Source: Utricularia gibba
Lineage: Eukaryota; Plantae; Magnoliophyta
Assembly (NCBI GenBank): GCA_002189035.1
Contig: CM007992.1
Span: 2,852,001 to 2,916,000 of the forward strand
DNA: 64,000 bases
Direction: 5' to 3'
The notes beneath the pieces were generated by a model. It did no database searches and was not told the DNA's origin. It saw only the letters and a program-made list of their open reading frames with translations. A program made the translations under genes and the position numbers. Shown piece by piece: positions 11,249 through 24,000 of this stretch. How positions within the stretch are numbered: the stretch's first letter is position 1; each line of letters begins with the position of its first letter.

Positions 11249-11536
11249 ATGAAGCTATTCTTCTTCTTTCTGCTGTCTGCTCTTGTGATAGCAACTGCTG
11301 TTGGAGCTCAAGCTCTGCCTGAACCTGAAACCGAGATGAAGTTCCTCCGCCGTTACCCTCTTTATGGCAAACCGAGAGGCGGATTCCTCAGAGGCCGCGG
11401 TGTCCCTGGTGGAGGCGGCAACGATGGAACCGGAGGAGTTGGGAGCTTTAAGAGTAGCCACAGCAGGAGGAGGGGAGATGACGGTGAACTGGAAGGTGCC
11501 ACCCCAGCTCCGGGTCTGCCTGCACTGAAAAACTGA
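11249..11536 (+). CDS. Small secreted Gly-rich protein or peptide precursor (95 aa)
   Basis: Hydrophobic signal peptide MKLFFFFLLSALVIATAVGA, Gly-rich core, no Cys. TATAAAA at 11205-11211; good ATG context (aaaATGa). Confidence 0.7.
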   Translation: MKLFFFFLLSALVIATAVGAQALPEPETEMKFLRRYPLYGKPRGGFLRGRGVPGGGGNDGTGGVGSFKSSHSRRRGDDGELEGATPAPGLPALKN

Positions 11537-11764
11537 AGGGCTGCAGAAGTATCAACATGGATACAATAATAATATAGCATGTCATACTTCCGGTCTGAGC
11601 TCGAATCGGTTGTAATAACACAGGTGATTTGCATTATGACAGCAGTGACTTGACTTATACAATCATAAAAATTAGAATTTGCACCAATCAATATGGTATT
11701 TCAGTACATCAAAGAACACTGGTATAGAAGAACTGAAAATAACGTATTAAGTAGTCACCGCCAG

Positions 11765-13393
11765 TTATCTGAGGACCCTATTGGAGCTCAGTGCAAAATT
11801 CTCTTCTCCGGCGACTGTGGAAGTTAGTCTGCCGGCAGCCCAGCCATTATTCAGTTGCCTGATAGCAGGAGCACCAGTTTTCTTGATGCTATTTACCCCA
11901 CTATCCTTCTTTTGCCGTTCTTCATCTCTATCCTTTCTCAACCAACTTTCCACAGTTCTCTGCAAATGCAAGTAGTAGCAACTACAATGAAGTCTTAAAG
12001 TAAATTGACTCTTGCAATGAAAACAGGTATATTGGGGTAAAGGGGCTAACCATCAATGATAAATTGCTCATTTCTTTGAGATTACTCATAGGCATCGCCA
12101 GCTGCAGCTTACCACGAGAAACATATGCCTGGAAATTAGGTTAGATGAGTGACGACTAGCCAACCATGGAATACAACCAATCAGTAAGGGACATACACTG
12201 TAGACTGTTCTTTGCAGGTTGCAGAGAAAGCTGACCAAATGAATAGGGAAGTAATGGAGAAACTTACTATATGGGATGGCCAATCCTCGAGGCCATCGAA
12301 AATGTGCGTTGCATAAATTATTGTAGCACCACGCACTTCACATTCCTTTTTTAGAAATCTCAAGAGGTCAGCCCTGGCGAGCACATCCAAGTCAACTGTA
12401 ATCTCGTCAAGCAACAGGACCTAAGAGTGATTGAGCAAGTTTATATTGGTCTAGAATGGGGATAAAAGAAACTCATAAAGAGTCATTGTGCTAATGAAAT
12501 GAATACCTTGAAGGGTTTTAAAAGACCCATACATATCTGGACTCTTCGCCTTTGGCCATCTGATACCTTGTGCATTCTCCAAGACAGACTAACACCCAAA
12601 ACCTGCAAAAAGGAGCAGCCTCAGTATCAAATCAAAATACAGGACGAAGAGATATACTTTCATATTATATCCACACCTTAATTAGTTCATCCCGTCTTTG
12701 GGGATCAATACCTGGCACCCCAAATATCATTTTCTCAGCAGAAACATCCATCTGAATTGGAACTTCAAAACCAGCAAAAGCAACTTCTCTTTTCCACTGG
12801 AAAATGCAAGTGCCAACAAATCAAACAGTTGACATAGCAAAGCACATACGACTATCAACACCATGCTCCAGCCTCCAGGCAAAGGATGGAGTTTTAAAAA
12901 ACGACTTCGTTGAAGTTTATATTCCCCTCAAATCTTCATATCTAGCGAACAGGATATAAACCAAAAAATAGCTCTGAAACAAATCTAGCTCAGAAATACC
13001 ATACCTCACCACCAAGATAAGAAAGATCACCCGACACAGTCAATGCAGTATCATGAAATGCCGATCTTCCCAGCACTTTCACCATATCTTGCTCCACCAT
13101 ATGCTTTCCCCCGATAATTTTTAGAATGGTGGTCTTCCCTGCATATAACCCCAAAATAAGTATACAACATTTTGAAAGATAGACAAATGGCAGTGAGCTA
13201 ATCAGATAAGGTAAGAACCAGCTCCATTGGAACCAACAAGAAGACAGCGGTCTCCTGGAAAGAGGGTAAGGGAGAAATCGTCGATCAACGGAGTGGCGGC
13301 ACACGAAGAATAGCCGGCGATTCCAGGGTATGAAAATTTGAGGTGCTTGATCTCCACCGTTGGTTCAGCTTTTTGTATCCCTGCCGACCTCAT
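11765..13393 (-). CDS. ABCI20: ABC transporter I family soluble ATPase (ABCI19-21 group, closest to ABCI20); exons 13393-13219, 13138-13005, 12796-12677, 12602-12507, 12420-12268, 12128-12051, 11959-11765
   Basis: Walker A GSNGAGKTT, signature [10 protein letters not shown], Walker [14 protein letters not shown]-loop YATHIFDG, C-terminal NNGWAAGRL...SSNRVLR. All junctions GT-AG and in phase. Confidence 0.92.
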
Positions 13394-13990
13394 GATCTGC
13401 TGCTTCTTGTCCTCTGGTTCACATAATATAGCAGAAAAGATCAGTACTTGAGAACACCAGAAAGAAAGTAAGAACCATTTCTAGAAAATTGTAACCGCAG
13501 ACTCAGAAAGAAAGTACTCTCCACTTCTGACGGATTCGTTTCACTGCACACAACTAACAAAGACTACCCAAAAAAACACATCATCAACACAAAGTCAAAG
13601 CTAGGATGGTTGCCATCATACAGAGGTATGTCAAATTGGAGGCAACGGATGTAAGAAACCCCAATGAAACACAGAGAACAGCGACTCAATTCTGTAGCTG
13701 CAAGAAGGCGGCGGTTTTCGTGAATTCGATCGGCGGGGGAAGGCGCGTAATTGTAGGTAGGCGGGGTGGCGCGTCGGTTACCGAACCGGAGCGATTTGGG
13801 CCATGAAATTACGAAGCAACGTGGTGACTTCCGGACCCTGTAGAGATTCGGTTTGGATCTACAAAAATTCAGCCACTTAAATATTACTTTTTAAGGACTA
13901 TTTTTTTTAAAAAAAAAAGGTAATGTTTTTGTTGCTGGTACGAAAATTGACTTTATACAACGCCATCTGCATACAATAGAGGGACGAGGT

Positions 13991-15613
13991 ATGTCGGCGC
14001 CCCGCGATAAGGAACCGTCGAAATCCTCCGGCAAGCGGGCCGGCGGGATCCGAACCCTTTCGGACCTCAACGCCGCCCCCGATCCTGATTCTGATAACCC
14101 GCTGGAGTATTACACTGGTGGCGAGAAAAGGTTCGTGTTTTTTTTTTCCAGTTGCTTCGTGGCAAAGTTACCCCTCGCTTTTTCCTGTTTGCAATTTCGT
14201 TCTGCGAGTGAATTGATGGCATGTTTTGGTTCTCTCTTCGTTTTCTTCAGGATTTTATTAGTCTTTTTGGGATTCTCACGTTGCGGAATTTTCTGTGTCT
14301 CTTTTGGTGAAGTACTGGGGTTAGTCCCAAAGAAAAAAGAATTGGGGCTTTTTCTCTTCGTTAGTTTTCTGTATTGCATAGGAAAATACTATCGTATTCT
14401 AGTTTTTGGAAGGGTTATTTCATGCCTGACTATTAAGCACGCTATGCTTCAGTGGTATGCTAGTTCAAGATCCATCAAAAGGTTATGATGTTGATGGATT
14501 TTTTGATCAAGCCCGCCGGATTGCCGCTGCTCAGGGTCCAGTTCCAAATCCTCACCCTTCTTCAAGCCCAACCACCTTCACAGGGACAGGAAGATTACTC
14601 TCTGGTGAGAGTGCACCAGTAGCTCCAGAGCAACCTGTATCAGTTGTGCATAACATTGTTTTCTGGAGAAATGGTTTTACTGTTAACGATGGCCCTCTCA
14701 GAAAATTTGATGATCCCGAAAACAAGGTTTTCTTGGAGGTAAATAATGCCTTAAGAAATATTAGAATTTGCAGAAGTAAGGCTTCAAATCAAAGCCAATG
14801 GTCGTTCAGTTGTGTTTTTCCTTCTTTTGGAACAATTAACTTCCATGGACCATTAGATGTTTTCTAGTAAAGCATGATGCATGTTGAATACTGCAATGTG
14901 GACTGAGATGCCTAATGCTCTTTCAGAGCCTTTTTAAGTCGGAGGTTCCCAAGGAGTTGGAGCAAGCTGACCGGAGATCCCCCGTCCATGTCAATCTAAT
15001 AAGGAGGGTAGAAGATTGCCCTGTAAGTGAATATTCAAGATTCATATCTCTTATCATCTTTCTGCTCTCTCAAATTGTTTTAAGTAAGCAACCGTGACTT
15101 GTTTCTTGTTACTGAGGTTGCTTTTCTCACACACAGTGCGTTGTCCTAATCTGATTTTAATCAATTGATCAAAATGCACTCAGAGCCTCTTTCCGTTTGT
15201 AGCAAGTAATTCACTTTTTTTCTCTTTAGGAGCCTGAGATACGGCAAGTTTCATTTCAAGGAACTGGAAGAACTCTGGGTAGTAGCAGCTCAAGGACTGA
15301 ACCAACTCCAGGATCAACAGCTTCAACACCACTTCAGAGTGCTTCAACACCCCTTACCAGCATTGTGATAAATGACTCACTACCATCAGGTCCAATTCAG
15401 CTTCGACTGGCCGATGGAACACGCATGGTTGCCCACTTCAACCATCACCACACTGTAGCTGATATACGGTCCTTCATTGATGCTGCAAGACCAGGTGGTT
15501 CCAGATCATATCAACTGCAGACTGTTGGCTTTCCCCCTAAGCTACTCCATGATGCCTCCCAAACCATAGAAGAAGCCGGACTGTTTAATTCTGTGGTCAT
15601 TCAGAAAATTTGA
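13991..15613 (+). CDS. PUX4: Plant UBX domain protein of the p47/PUX3-4 type (SEP + UBX); exons 13991-14130, 14453-14738, 14927-15022, 15230-15613
   Basis: [29 protein letters not shown] domain ([16 protein letters not shown]), UBX domain ([10 protein letters not shown]...GFPPK). Junctions in phase. The exact PUX paralogue is not resolved. Confidence 0.88.
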
Positions 15614-16291
15614 GCAGCTCTCTCGGTATGTCTCCTGATTTTGGGACTTGTTATGGATCAAAGTGCATTAGAATAGAAGCTAAAATAACCTTCTCTGTGA
15701 ATGAGACAGTATACTCTGTGATCCCCTACCTGTATTCTTGTTTTGGTGCGGGTGGCTACTTTTAAGGCATATTCTGCCAACATACGTGCGATTCTCTCAG
15801 GAAACAATTGTGACACATTCTCAGGAAACAATTGTAACTTAAATGTTCATGAATTGAAGAAATTTACTTTTCAAACAATTTTTTCAAATAACAAAATGAG
15901 GAATTTAAACGGGCTGCTTTAATACAAAACTAATATTTAAGAAATAGGAAACGACTGGTTAAAAATCATTAGACAAAAAAAAAAAAAACGATTTTCGAGC
16001 AGAACTTTTGAACACTTTCTATTGTGTTCCCTTGAATCTGACCGGTAACAAGTTTTTTGAACTCTGCTCAGAACATCAAATTATTCCCAAGAGTATCCAT
16101 ACAGGATGCAACAAAAGCTTGACCTTGTAAGCCATGGCACTGCAAGGAAAGGGGCGAAAAAGCATGAAGCAACAATAAAAACTTCCAAGGCATCACTGAT
16201 TAAGAAGACAACGTTCTTCGCATCCCAAATGACATGACAAAATTTAGAGGCACATATGGCTAGTGGCAGACTGCTCATAGACATCATTCAC

Positions 16292-19200
16292 TCAGAAATT
16301 TCCGGTCCAATTTAAATGACTCAATTGCGCCTGCTGATAGGCACCCCCTGGCGCAGGAGGCGCAGGCATACCAACTCCTACATTAGCACTAACAGTGGGA
16401 ACCAGATGAGGATTTGGGATGGCAGTTGGCTGCGGGGCATGATGGTACATCGCTGTGGGGAACTGCATATGTGAAGATTGTGCCACCGCAGCGGCAGCAT
16501 TGAAGGAAGCGTGGCTACCATGTGATGCTAGATATGCTGGATGCGGTGTCTGTCCTGCCATGCTGTAGTACGAGGCCGAATGCAGGCCCTGAAGATCCCT
16601 AGGGCTCATCCAAATTTCAGCTGTCTCAGGCTGCAAATTTGAAGGGCAAGGTTATAAAATATGTTGTATTTAGAGAAGATGTACTGCGCAACATTTTTTG
16701 CAAAACCCTATTTTTTTTGGAGCAGATATCCATGGAACAACATGATTCATACCTTTAAAAAGACAAGATCCTGAAAGAAATGCTTTACCTGTGGATTAGG
16801 AGCGTATAAATTATCCTTGTACTTGATTCGAGATGAATCATCATGGCCTGCTGCACTTCCCACAGCCCCATTTGTATTGATCGCATAACCAGTAGGACTA
16901 GTGAAATTTCCATACCCATTCATGTTAGCTGTGGGAACAGGCTTAAATTGCTGCACACCATACTTGACTGCACCACTTGGATTAACATGAGAGTTACTGC
17001 CAGGCATCAGCACGAAACTGTTTCCGTTTGATGGATGATGATACGTGGGAGTATTGGAGTAACCAGCAACAGGCATTGATGGGACGTAAACTGGAGATAG
17101 GAACTGACGGTATGGCATAAGATTACCAAAATGAGAAACATGAAGCTGGGGATACATCTGGGCCAGTTGTTGCTGTTGGTGCTGTACCATGGCGACAGAG
17201 GGTACTGGAATATTATTAGCAGCATGGGAACTCAGAACCTGTGAGCAGCAACCACTTAGAAATTCCTCAAGACATTTAAATCCCAACAACAAAAGCAGAA
17301 TACTCATAGTACCCCCCTTTATGGCCAATAGCTAAGAATACGGTCTCTGCTACATTTGACCAAACTGTTCTGAAAACCCCCATCTTCTCTAGCATGAAAA
17401 TTCACGAGCATTCACATGGAAACCTCGATTTTAAATAACATCAAGTCTCAAAACATCGATTCAAATGAACACAGAACATCTTTTTTTTAATTATAATGCA
17501 GAATTTTCTGGCCCAAAGAAACAAGCAATACAAATATACAAAATTTGGGTTAGAAGGATTGCCAACAAGTTCATGAAGATAGCAAGGCCTGCTCATGGAA
17601 TGTAATATTTGTTTCTAACCTCTTGTGAAGATGGCATTACAGGTACTCTAAGTGTGTCATCAATGGCCGGGCGGAAATAAGAATCATACCCCATTTGTGG
17701 GTCATAACCCTGAAATGAGTAAAATAACAAAGGGAACATAAAAATGCTGAACCTTTAAGACTACTAAGCACAATTAATCAGCCTCTCACTTACTGAGAAG
17801 CTAGATAGTTCATTCTCCTCATGGTGCCGTGGCTGTGGTGTATATGACGGACTTGCAGTTTGTACCAAGCCAACATCAGCGTAACTTTCTAGATTTTGGG
17901 AGTCTGACAATTCATTTTTACCAACAAGATGACTGCCAGACAGAACAGTTGAATCAGGAGATTCTGATTCAGAAAACTGGATAGCTCCATCGGTTGCATC
18001 CAACTGATTACTGGAAGAAGGCCCTGCTTCTGATGATTCTTGTGCCATGTCTGGAGTTCTATCAAATATAATTTCATTATAAATATGCAGCATACAAACC
18101 AGCAACTAATTAAATTAAATTTATATATAAAAGAACTAATGAAAATTGCCAGCCAAAGGATTCTAGTAAAGATGCGAAAAATGGATTATAGCAATATGCG
18201 CATACAGAACACCAACCTTTTTGATGGTTCAACAGACGGGGCATCGACACTAGGTGCTGTGCCTGGAACACCAGAATGTGATCCAGCATCAAGACTACCA
18301 AATATTAGCCGGCAGCGATCAATCTCTGACACTCGTATGTGGGGAGCTATAATTACATTTTGGGTTTCAGAAAGCTTCAATTGTGAAATATTGTCTTCAA
18401 GTTCAGCAGCATCCTTTTTTAACACTCCAGTATTCTTCTCTGGAGGAGAACGGATTTCTTCAGGAACGCTGACACTAGTTTTAAGACTAGATTTCGGCTT
18501 CCACTCCATATTAGGCTGGGTAGCTGCAGCATAACTGCCTCATTAAGGTCCGATCCACAGGTGAATAACAGTAAAGGAGCAGTACGCTCTACGAAATGAA
18601 ATTCCGTACAATGCAAGAAAATAAACATTAGCATGTAATTTTAAAATTTCACTAAAATTGAGATGCCATTTTTACTATATAGAGATGCTTATGAAAAAAA
18701 TACAAACTCGACCCCTCATTCTGCTGCAGAAAGGTAATTTATTACTTTACCTCTTTGATATCCCATTGGTTGATGAGCCCTGCTTCTATGATGATTATTT
18801 AATGGCTTATTGACAGAAGCACCAGGAAAGCCAGATTCAGGTATCACATTTTTACTCGAAGCCTCCCCACCATAACTACTATTCATTGGTTTTGCTGAAT
18901 CCCGGGAGAAGCTGTCTTGTGATACCTGTGCATTTGATGAAGGATTGCCCTGAACTTGCTTACCAGCATTACCATCCATTTGACGACGATGCCCTACAAC
19001 TCCAACTTCCCTTCTAATGGCACCAACAGTCGATGCTGATTTAGGGTGAAGAGATGGTACATGAATGGGATCAGATGAGGATGAATAAACTCCAAAAACA
19101 GAAGCACTTGAAGTATCCGTAGAACGTTGTTGGGAACCATTAGCCTTTGTTTGAGCTCGTGAACCAGCATTCGGTATGGCAGGGTTCTTATCCAGCATTT

Positions 19201-21029
19201 CCTTGCTTTCAGTAATGCCTCCTATCACATCCTTACTTTTCATCTTTGAATCAGAGCTGATTAACAAAAAAGATTGCTGAGTAACTGGATGCTTTTGATG
19301 CCAGAAGTCTGAGATGAATGGAATTAAATGTAAACTTAAAAAGAATAAAAAACTGATCATACAAAAACCTAAACAACATGGTATAGAAAATCCCTGCTAA
19401 CAATGCCTAGTTGGACATCAGGGTCGCTGAACTTAAAACCTGAATAAAATCTACTTTCTTAACATGCTTTTAGGAAGGATCTCATTTCAGTCAAGAATAT
19501 AGATTAAATGAAAAAGGGCTAAAATAGGTTTGCAATAGAGCTCTCTAGACTATACAAAAGGAAGACGATGAGAATATTGTTAGATACTCCATTTCAAATG
19601 CAAGCCATGCAAAACATTCCAGTTTCCTAACCGGACACACAGATATGTAAACAAGTCAAACCACATTTTATAGAGAAAACAGAAAAGCAAATAATCAACC
19701 ACAAGGGTTTGAATAATCGCACCTTTTCACATACACGCCAGATATAACACGTTCATTTTTTGAAACCGAGCTTTGAACAGGCTTTGAATTTTCTGTAGAA
19801 TTATGATTTACCCTATTATCTCGAACTACACGGAATGCTTGGCTGGCCCCCAAATCTGCTAGATGACAGAAACACCATAAAAATTTGTATTATGAAATAA
19901 TATAGGGATTCTAGAACTTTCAATTAAATTTTTTAAACAAAAAATCAATTTCACAATGGTTGTTAATTTAATTCAACTGATCACAATAACTGGTAAAATA
20001 TTTTGACTAGGCACACCTCTTCCAGGATTATGGTCAGGATAAGCAGAGTCCTTCAATGGAGTATGACGAATCTCAGTGTTTTTTCGGGTATCTGTATTGA
20101 CGAGACCTTTAATCCCTGAATTCTGTGGGACATGGCATGATAGTAAATAGTCCTCGAAATAATAATCTTAAAACTGACTCACAATACTGATTAATGCTTA
20201 ACATCTTCAGCCCCATTTAAGGGACAAAAAATGAATAATGAATCGATTCTAAAAAAAGTAGACAAGCCACAAGCCGCACGTTTTTTACAAGGCACGGATT
20301 TTAAAAAAAAATGATTGCAGAATGCAGCATAGGACTCCGTAAAATTTATAAGTTGCTTAAATGGAAAAAAAAGATTTACCAGTTTTTTTCTATCTCTTTT
20401 TCTCTTAACCTCGTGAAATGGATCTGTGGAAAATAACAAATAAGAGCTTCAGTTTGCGCATTGAATATTAGGCCAAACTATGAAGATTAAATTTTGCAGG
20501 GTATCGCTTCAAAGACAATGGAAAACAGAAGAACTTGGAAGCCAAAGGGACTGGAGAGGGAAACGAAGGAAAAGGACAAAGTAGAAACCATTTGACGGTA
20601 ACTTCCCCAGATGGTGTTTTTGTAGCATATCCTTCACCAAAACCATCTTCTAAATATCATACAAATGAAAACTGGAGACGAACCTAGGTATTTTCAAGAT
20701 TTGATGTACCCCCACACCAACACCTCAAAATTCCACTCCTCCATATCTTATGACATGCTAGCGAAAATAAAAATGCATCGCAAAATGGTAATGAAAATAC
20801 CCCAACAAATATTCCCTGAGGCAATAATAATAGCAGTTCACAAAATAACAGCACCTTGAAGGAGCAATTTCTGAGTGGTTTCATTTGGATCCATGCCCGC
20901 CTCCTTAAGCGCTACATATATATCAGCATCAGAGTGACTCCCCACAATTTCTTTAATTGATTGTATAGTACTCCGAACACTTGCAGATATAACTTGTGGC
21001 CCAGCCTCAACTTTCGAAACCGACACCAT
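16292..21029 (-). CDS. GBF-interacting protein 1-like (GIP1/DUF1296), multi-exon
   Basis: N-terminal IQSIKEIVGSHSDADIYVALKE..MDPNETTQKLLLQ|DPFHEVKRKRDRKK; FRVVRDNR exon ~19715-19860; SSSDPIHVPS...VGAIRREVGV; VIIAPHIRV; HFGNLMPYRQFLSPVYVP; C-terminal LNWTGNF. Confidence 0.9.
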
Positions 21030-24000
21030 CCCAAATCAAGAAATAGGAGCGCATGTACAAAATACAAGATCACAAATTTCCTGTTCGCTAACTCGACAAA
21101 AGAATCAATCAGAAACGCCTAAAAAGCTTTTAAAGAAATCAAACTTCCTGCTTGAGGGTTGCTCCCCAGTGAAGAAGAGAACATAAAAACGTCTGATGAA
21201 CGGAGAAACGGGTCCGCCAGCGAGGGTTTCGAAATCAAAACTAGGCCTTCGCAACGCGGAAACTTGGGGCAAATTTTGATTAACAGCATTCAATGTTTTG
21301 GTGGCATCTTTGCCCGAAGGTTCCCCGTCATCATTAGTAAATTACCTTAATATCCTTCGATTTAAGTTTCTGTTTTTATTTTAATCTGACAATTCCCAAA
21401 TTCCACGTCACCTACATTTTATTTCTCCATTTTCGTTTTTATCGATTTTTTTGATTTAGTCTCGATTAGGGACTTGATTATTTAAATGCACCTTAAAAAA
21501 AAATTTATTATTTATATTCTAACATAATTTAAAACTGAAAAATATGTCAAAAGAAAAAAAATGATGTAAGAATCCAAAATTGAATTCGGTTCACTTTGAT
21601 TTAATTGGCTTATGCAAGAAATTTATCTTTGGATCAAAATTTTATATCAGTACGACACTTCATAATGACTATAATTTCAAACTAACTCAATTCATATTGA
21701 AGTTATAATTTCAATTGCACTCTAACTTAAATTCAAAAATATCAATTATCTTTCCATTGTTTATGATCACTTTAATGGTCAAAGTTATCTTTCTAAATCA
21801 AAGAATGTGGTTTGGGGTGGGAATAGTTTGTTAGGTATATCAATGAAAGCTATTCATATTTTAATTCACAAATCAATGCTTGATGGGAAAACACAAATTA
21901 TGCTAGTCATTACCACTTGGAAAACTTCTACAAAATTGCTACATGAGTCTACTAGAGTGGATTATTAGGTGATGACAATGATTCTAAATTTCATGGAGCA
22001 AGAGATTTGATAATCTTTTGTGTTTTTTCTTTTAATGCACACAATTTACACATTGAAATTTAGTGATATTTTGAGACTTCTATCAACCTTCAAATTTTTC
22101 ACATTTTTTAATAGGATAAATGTTGAATACCTCACATTGGTGCACAAGATTTTTTTTACCATTAATGATGATGATGCACAACATAGGTTTATCTAACCAT
22201 AAACCCTAAATCCTAATTCACAAGGAGTAATCAACTTATACATATCTCTATGTACTTAAATATCTAACATATGCAATAGATATAACTCCTCACAGAGATA
22301 AGTAATATAGATCACAAGAGATTTTCTTAAATTCAAGTATAATTGAAAAATGTTTAATGCATAAATGATCAATCATTCTAGAAGTTTCCAAAACATAAAG
22401 ACAATCTCCACATATTCAATCTTCTTATCAATGAGTTTATGATGAAAATCAGCAAGATAACACTCAAGAGTTGACACTCTTCAAGTATGGGTATGATTAT
22501 ATGAAGAGAAATGACAACATTGAGAATGTATGCTATTTGGATTAGTTTCTCATGCACTATAAGACTTGGATTGGATATGTGTAGGTTTAATTTCCATGAG
22601 CCCCAAGTGTCTTCGTCTCGGCCCACATTATTTCACTTTTGCCTTGCTTGTGCGGGAAGTTTTCTTTCTTCCTTTTCCCTTTCTTTTACGAGTATGAGTT
22701 TTATTAGACTTTGCAATCAGTTCAACATCCTCCTCATGATGGAGTGAATCGAAAGATCTAGGCAACCAAAGTTATTTTTGTGGTCTTCATCGATTCCTAA
22801 ACCTAATCTGTTCAGATTTTTGGACAAGTAAGGTTTCTCTCCTACACTTTTCGTTAATTGGTCTTCATACAGCAAATTCTCTAGGGCATTTTTCTCAAAT
22901 AAAGGGGTCAATGAAGAATTTGTATATGCGAATTTTAGCTTCTCTCTCAATTGTGTGAATTGTTTGGGATATAGGAGTTTTGTCAATATGTCAGCCAATT
23001 GTCTCTCTATATAAATATGTTTGAGCTTAATTAACTTCCCTTTAACATAGTTTTTCATCACATGGTATTTTATTTAAATGTGTTTGGTCCTCTCAAAAAA
23101 TGTAAGGTTATTTCCCATCACGATGTCTGATTTATTGTATAAAAATATTATCATTAGTTTATGAATTTGAATATCTATGTCCTTGAGTAGCTTCAATATC
23201 CATATGGTATAATTAGAGACTATTGCACCTACCATATATTCGGCCTCTAATTATGATTGAGCAACTATAGCCTGCTTCTTACTGTTCCAAGTGAACACAC
23301 ATCCGCTCAACATAAAGAAGTATTCGTTCATTGATTTCATATCAGTTTTGTCATCTGCATAGTTACTATCATAGTAGACTTGTAGAGACGATGCTATACC
23401 TTTTGTATAAGTCATTTTGAACGTTTTGTACTCTTCAGGTATTTGAGTATTTGTTTTCCAGCTTCCAGATGTGGGATCTGTGGATTAATCATGAACTAAG
23501 AGAGTAGACTTATTGCAAATGTGACTTCTAGTTTGCAGCTGTTTGTTACATCAAAGAACCAATGAGCTATCGATATATGTTTTTTTCTACCCTCTACACT
23601 TGATTACAAAACTTTTTTCTTGCATCTAGCATAATAGGTACTGATGATGTTTTGGAGGTTTCCATATCATACCTTCTTACAAGATCACAAGTATATCTAT
23701 GCTAAGAGATGGTGATGTTTGAAGATGTCTGCTTAACTTCTAAACCTAAAAAGTAGGTCATGAGACCTAAATTGATAAGCTAAAATGTTTGCTTCAATTT
23801 TTCTTTTTCCTTGTGAACCAGTTCTATGTTATTTCCTGTAATAAGTATATCGTCTACGTATAGAGAGATAATGACTTGACATTTGTTGTGTTTTTCTCTT
23901 AATGTATATAGAGTGGTATGACTTTTGCTTTTGTTACATCTTTAATCTATGAAATATTCATTAATTTTGTTGTATTATACTCGGGGGCTTATTTTAAACA

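Noticed and set aside
11362-11691. 109-aa Pro-rich antisense ORF overlapping the secreted peptide
   Set aside because: The Pro-richness mirrors Gly codons on the other strand; the plus strand has the signal peptide and TATA box.
15795-15835. 24-bp-period duplication (tctcaggaaacaattgt) downstream of PUX
   Set aside because: Ordinary slippage duplication with no further structure.
19985-20020. Apparent non-canonical GIP1 splice donor (cca g|tt)
   Set aside because: A canonical phase-1 donor (aga g|gtgtgc) lies ~24 nt earlier in the transcript and fits the next exon.
22121-22269. TGTTGA...CTAACA segment resembling a small solo LTR
   Set aside because: Flanks ATAAA and TATGC do not form a TSD; no second copy in the window.
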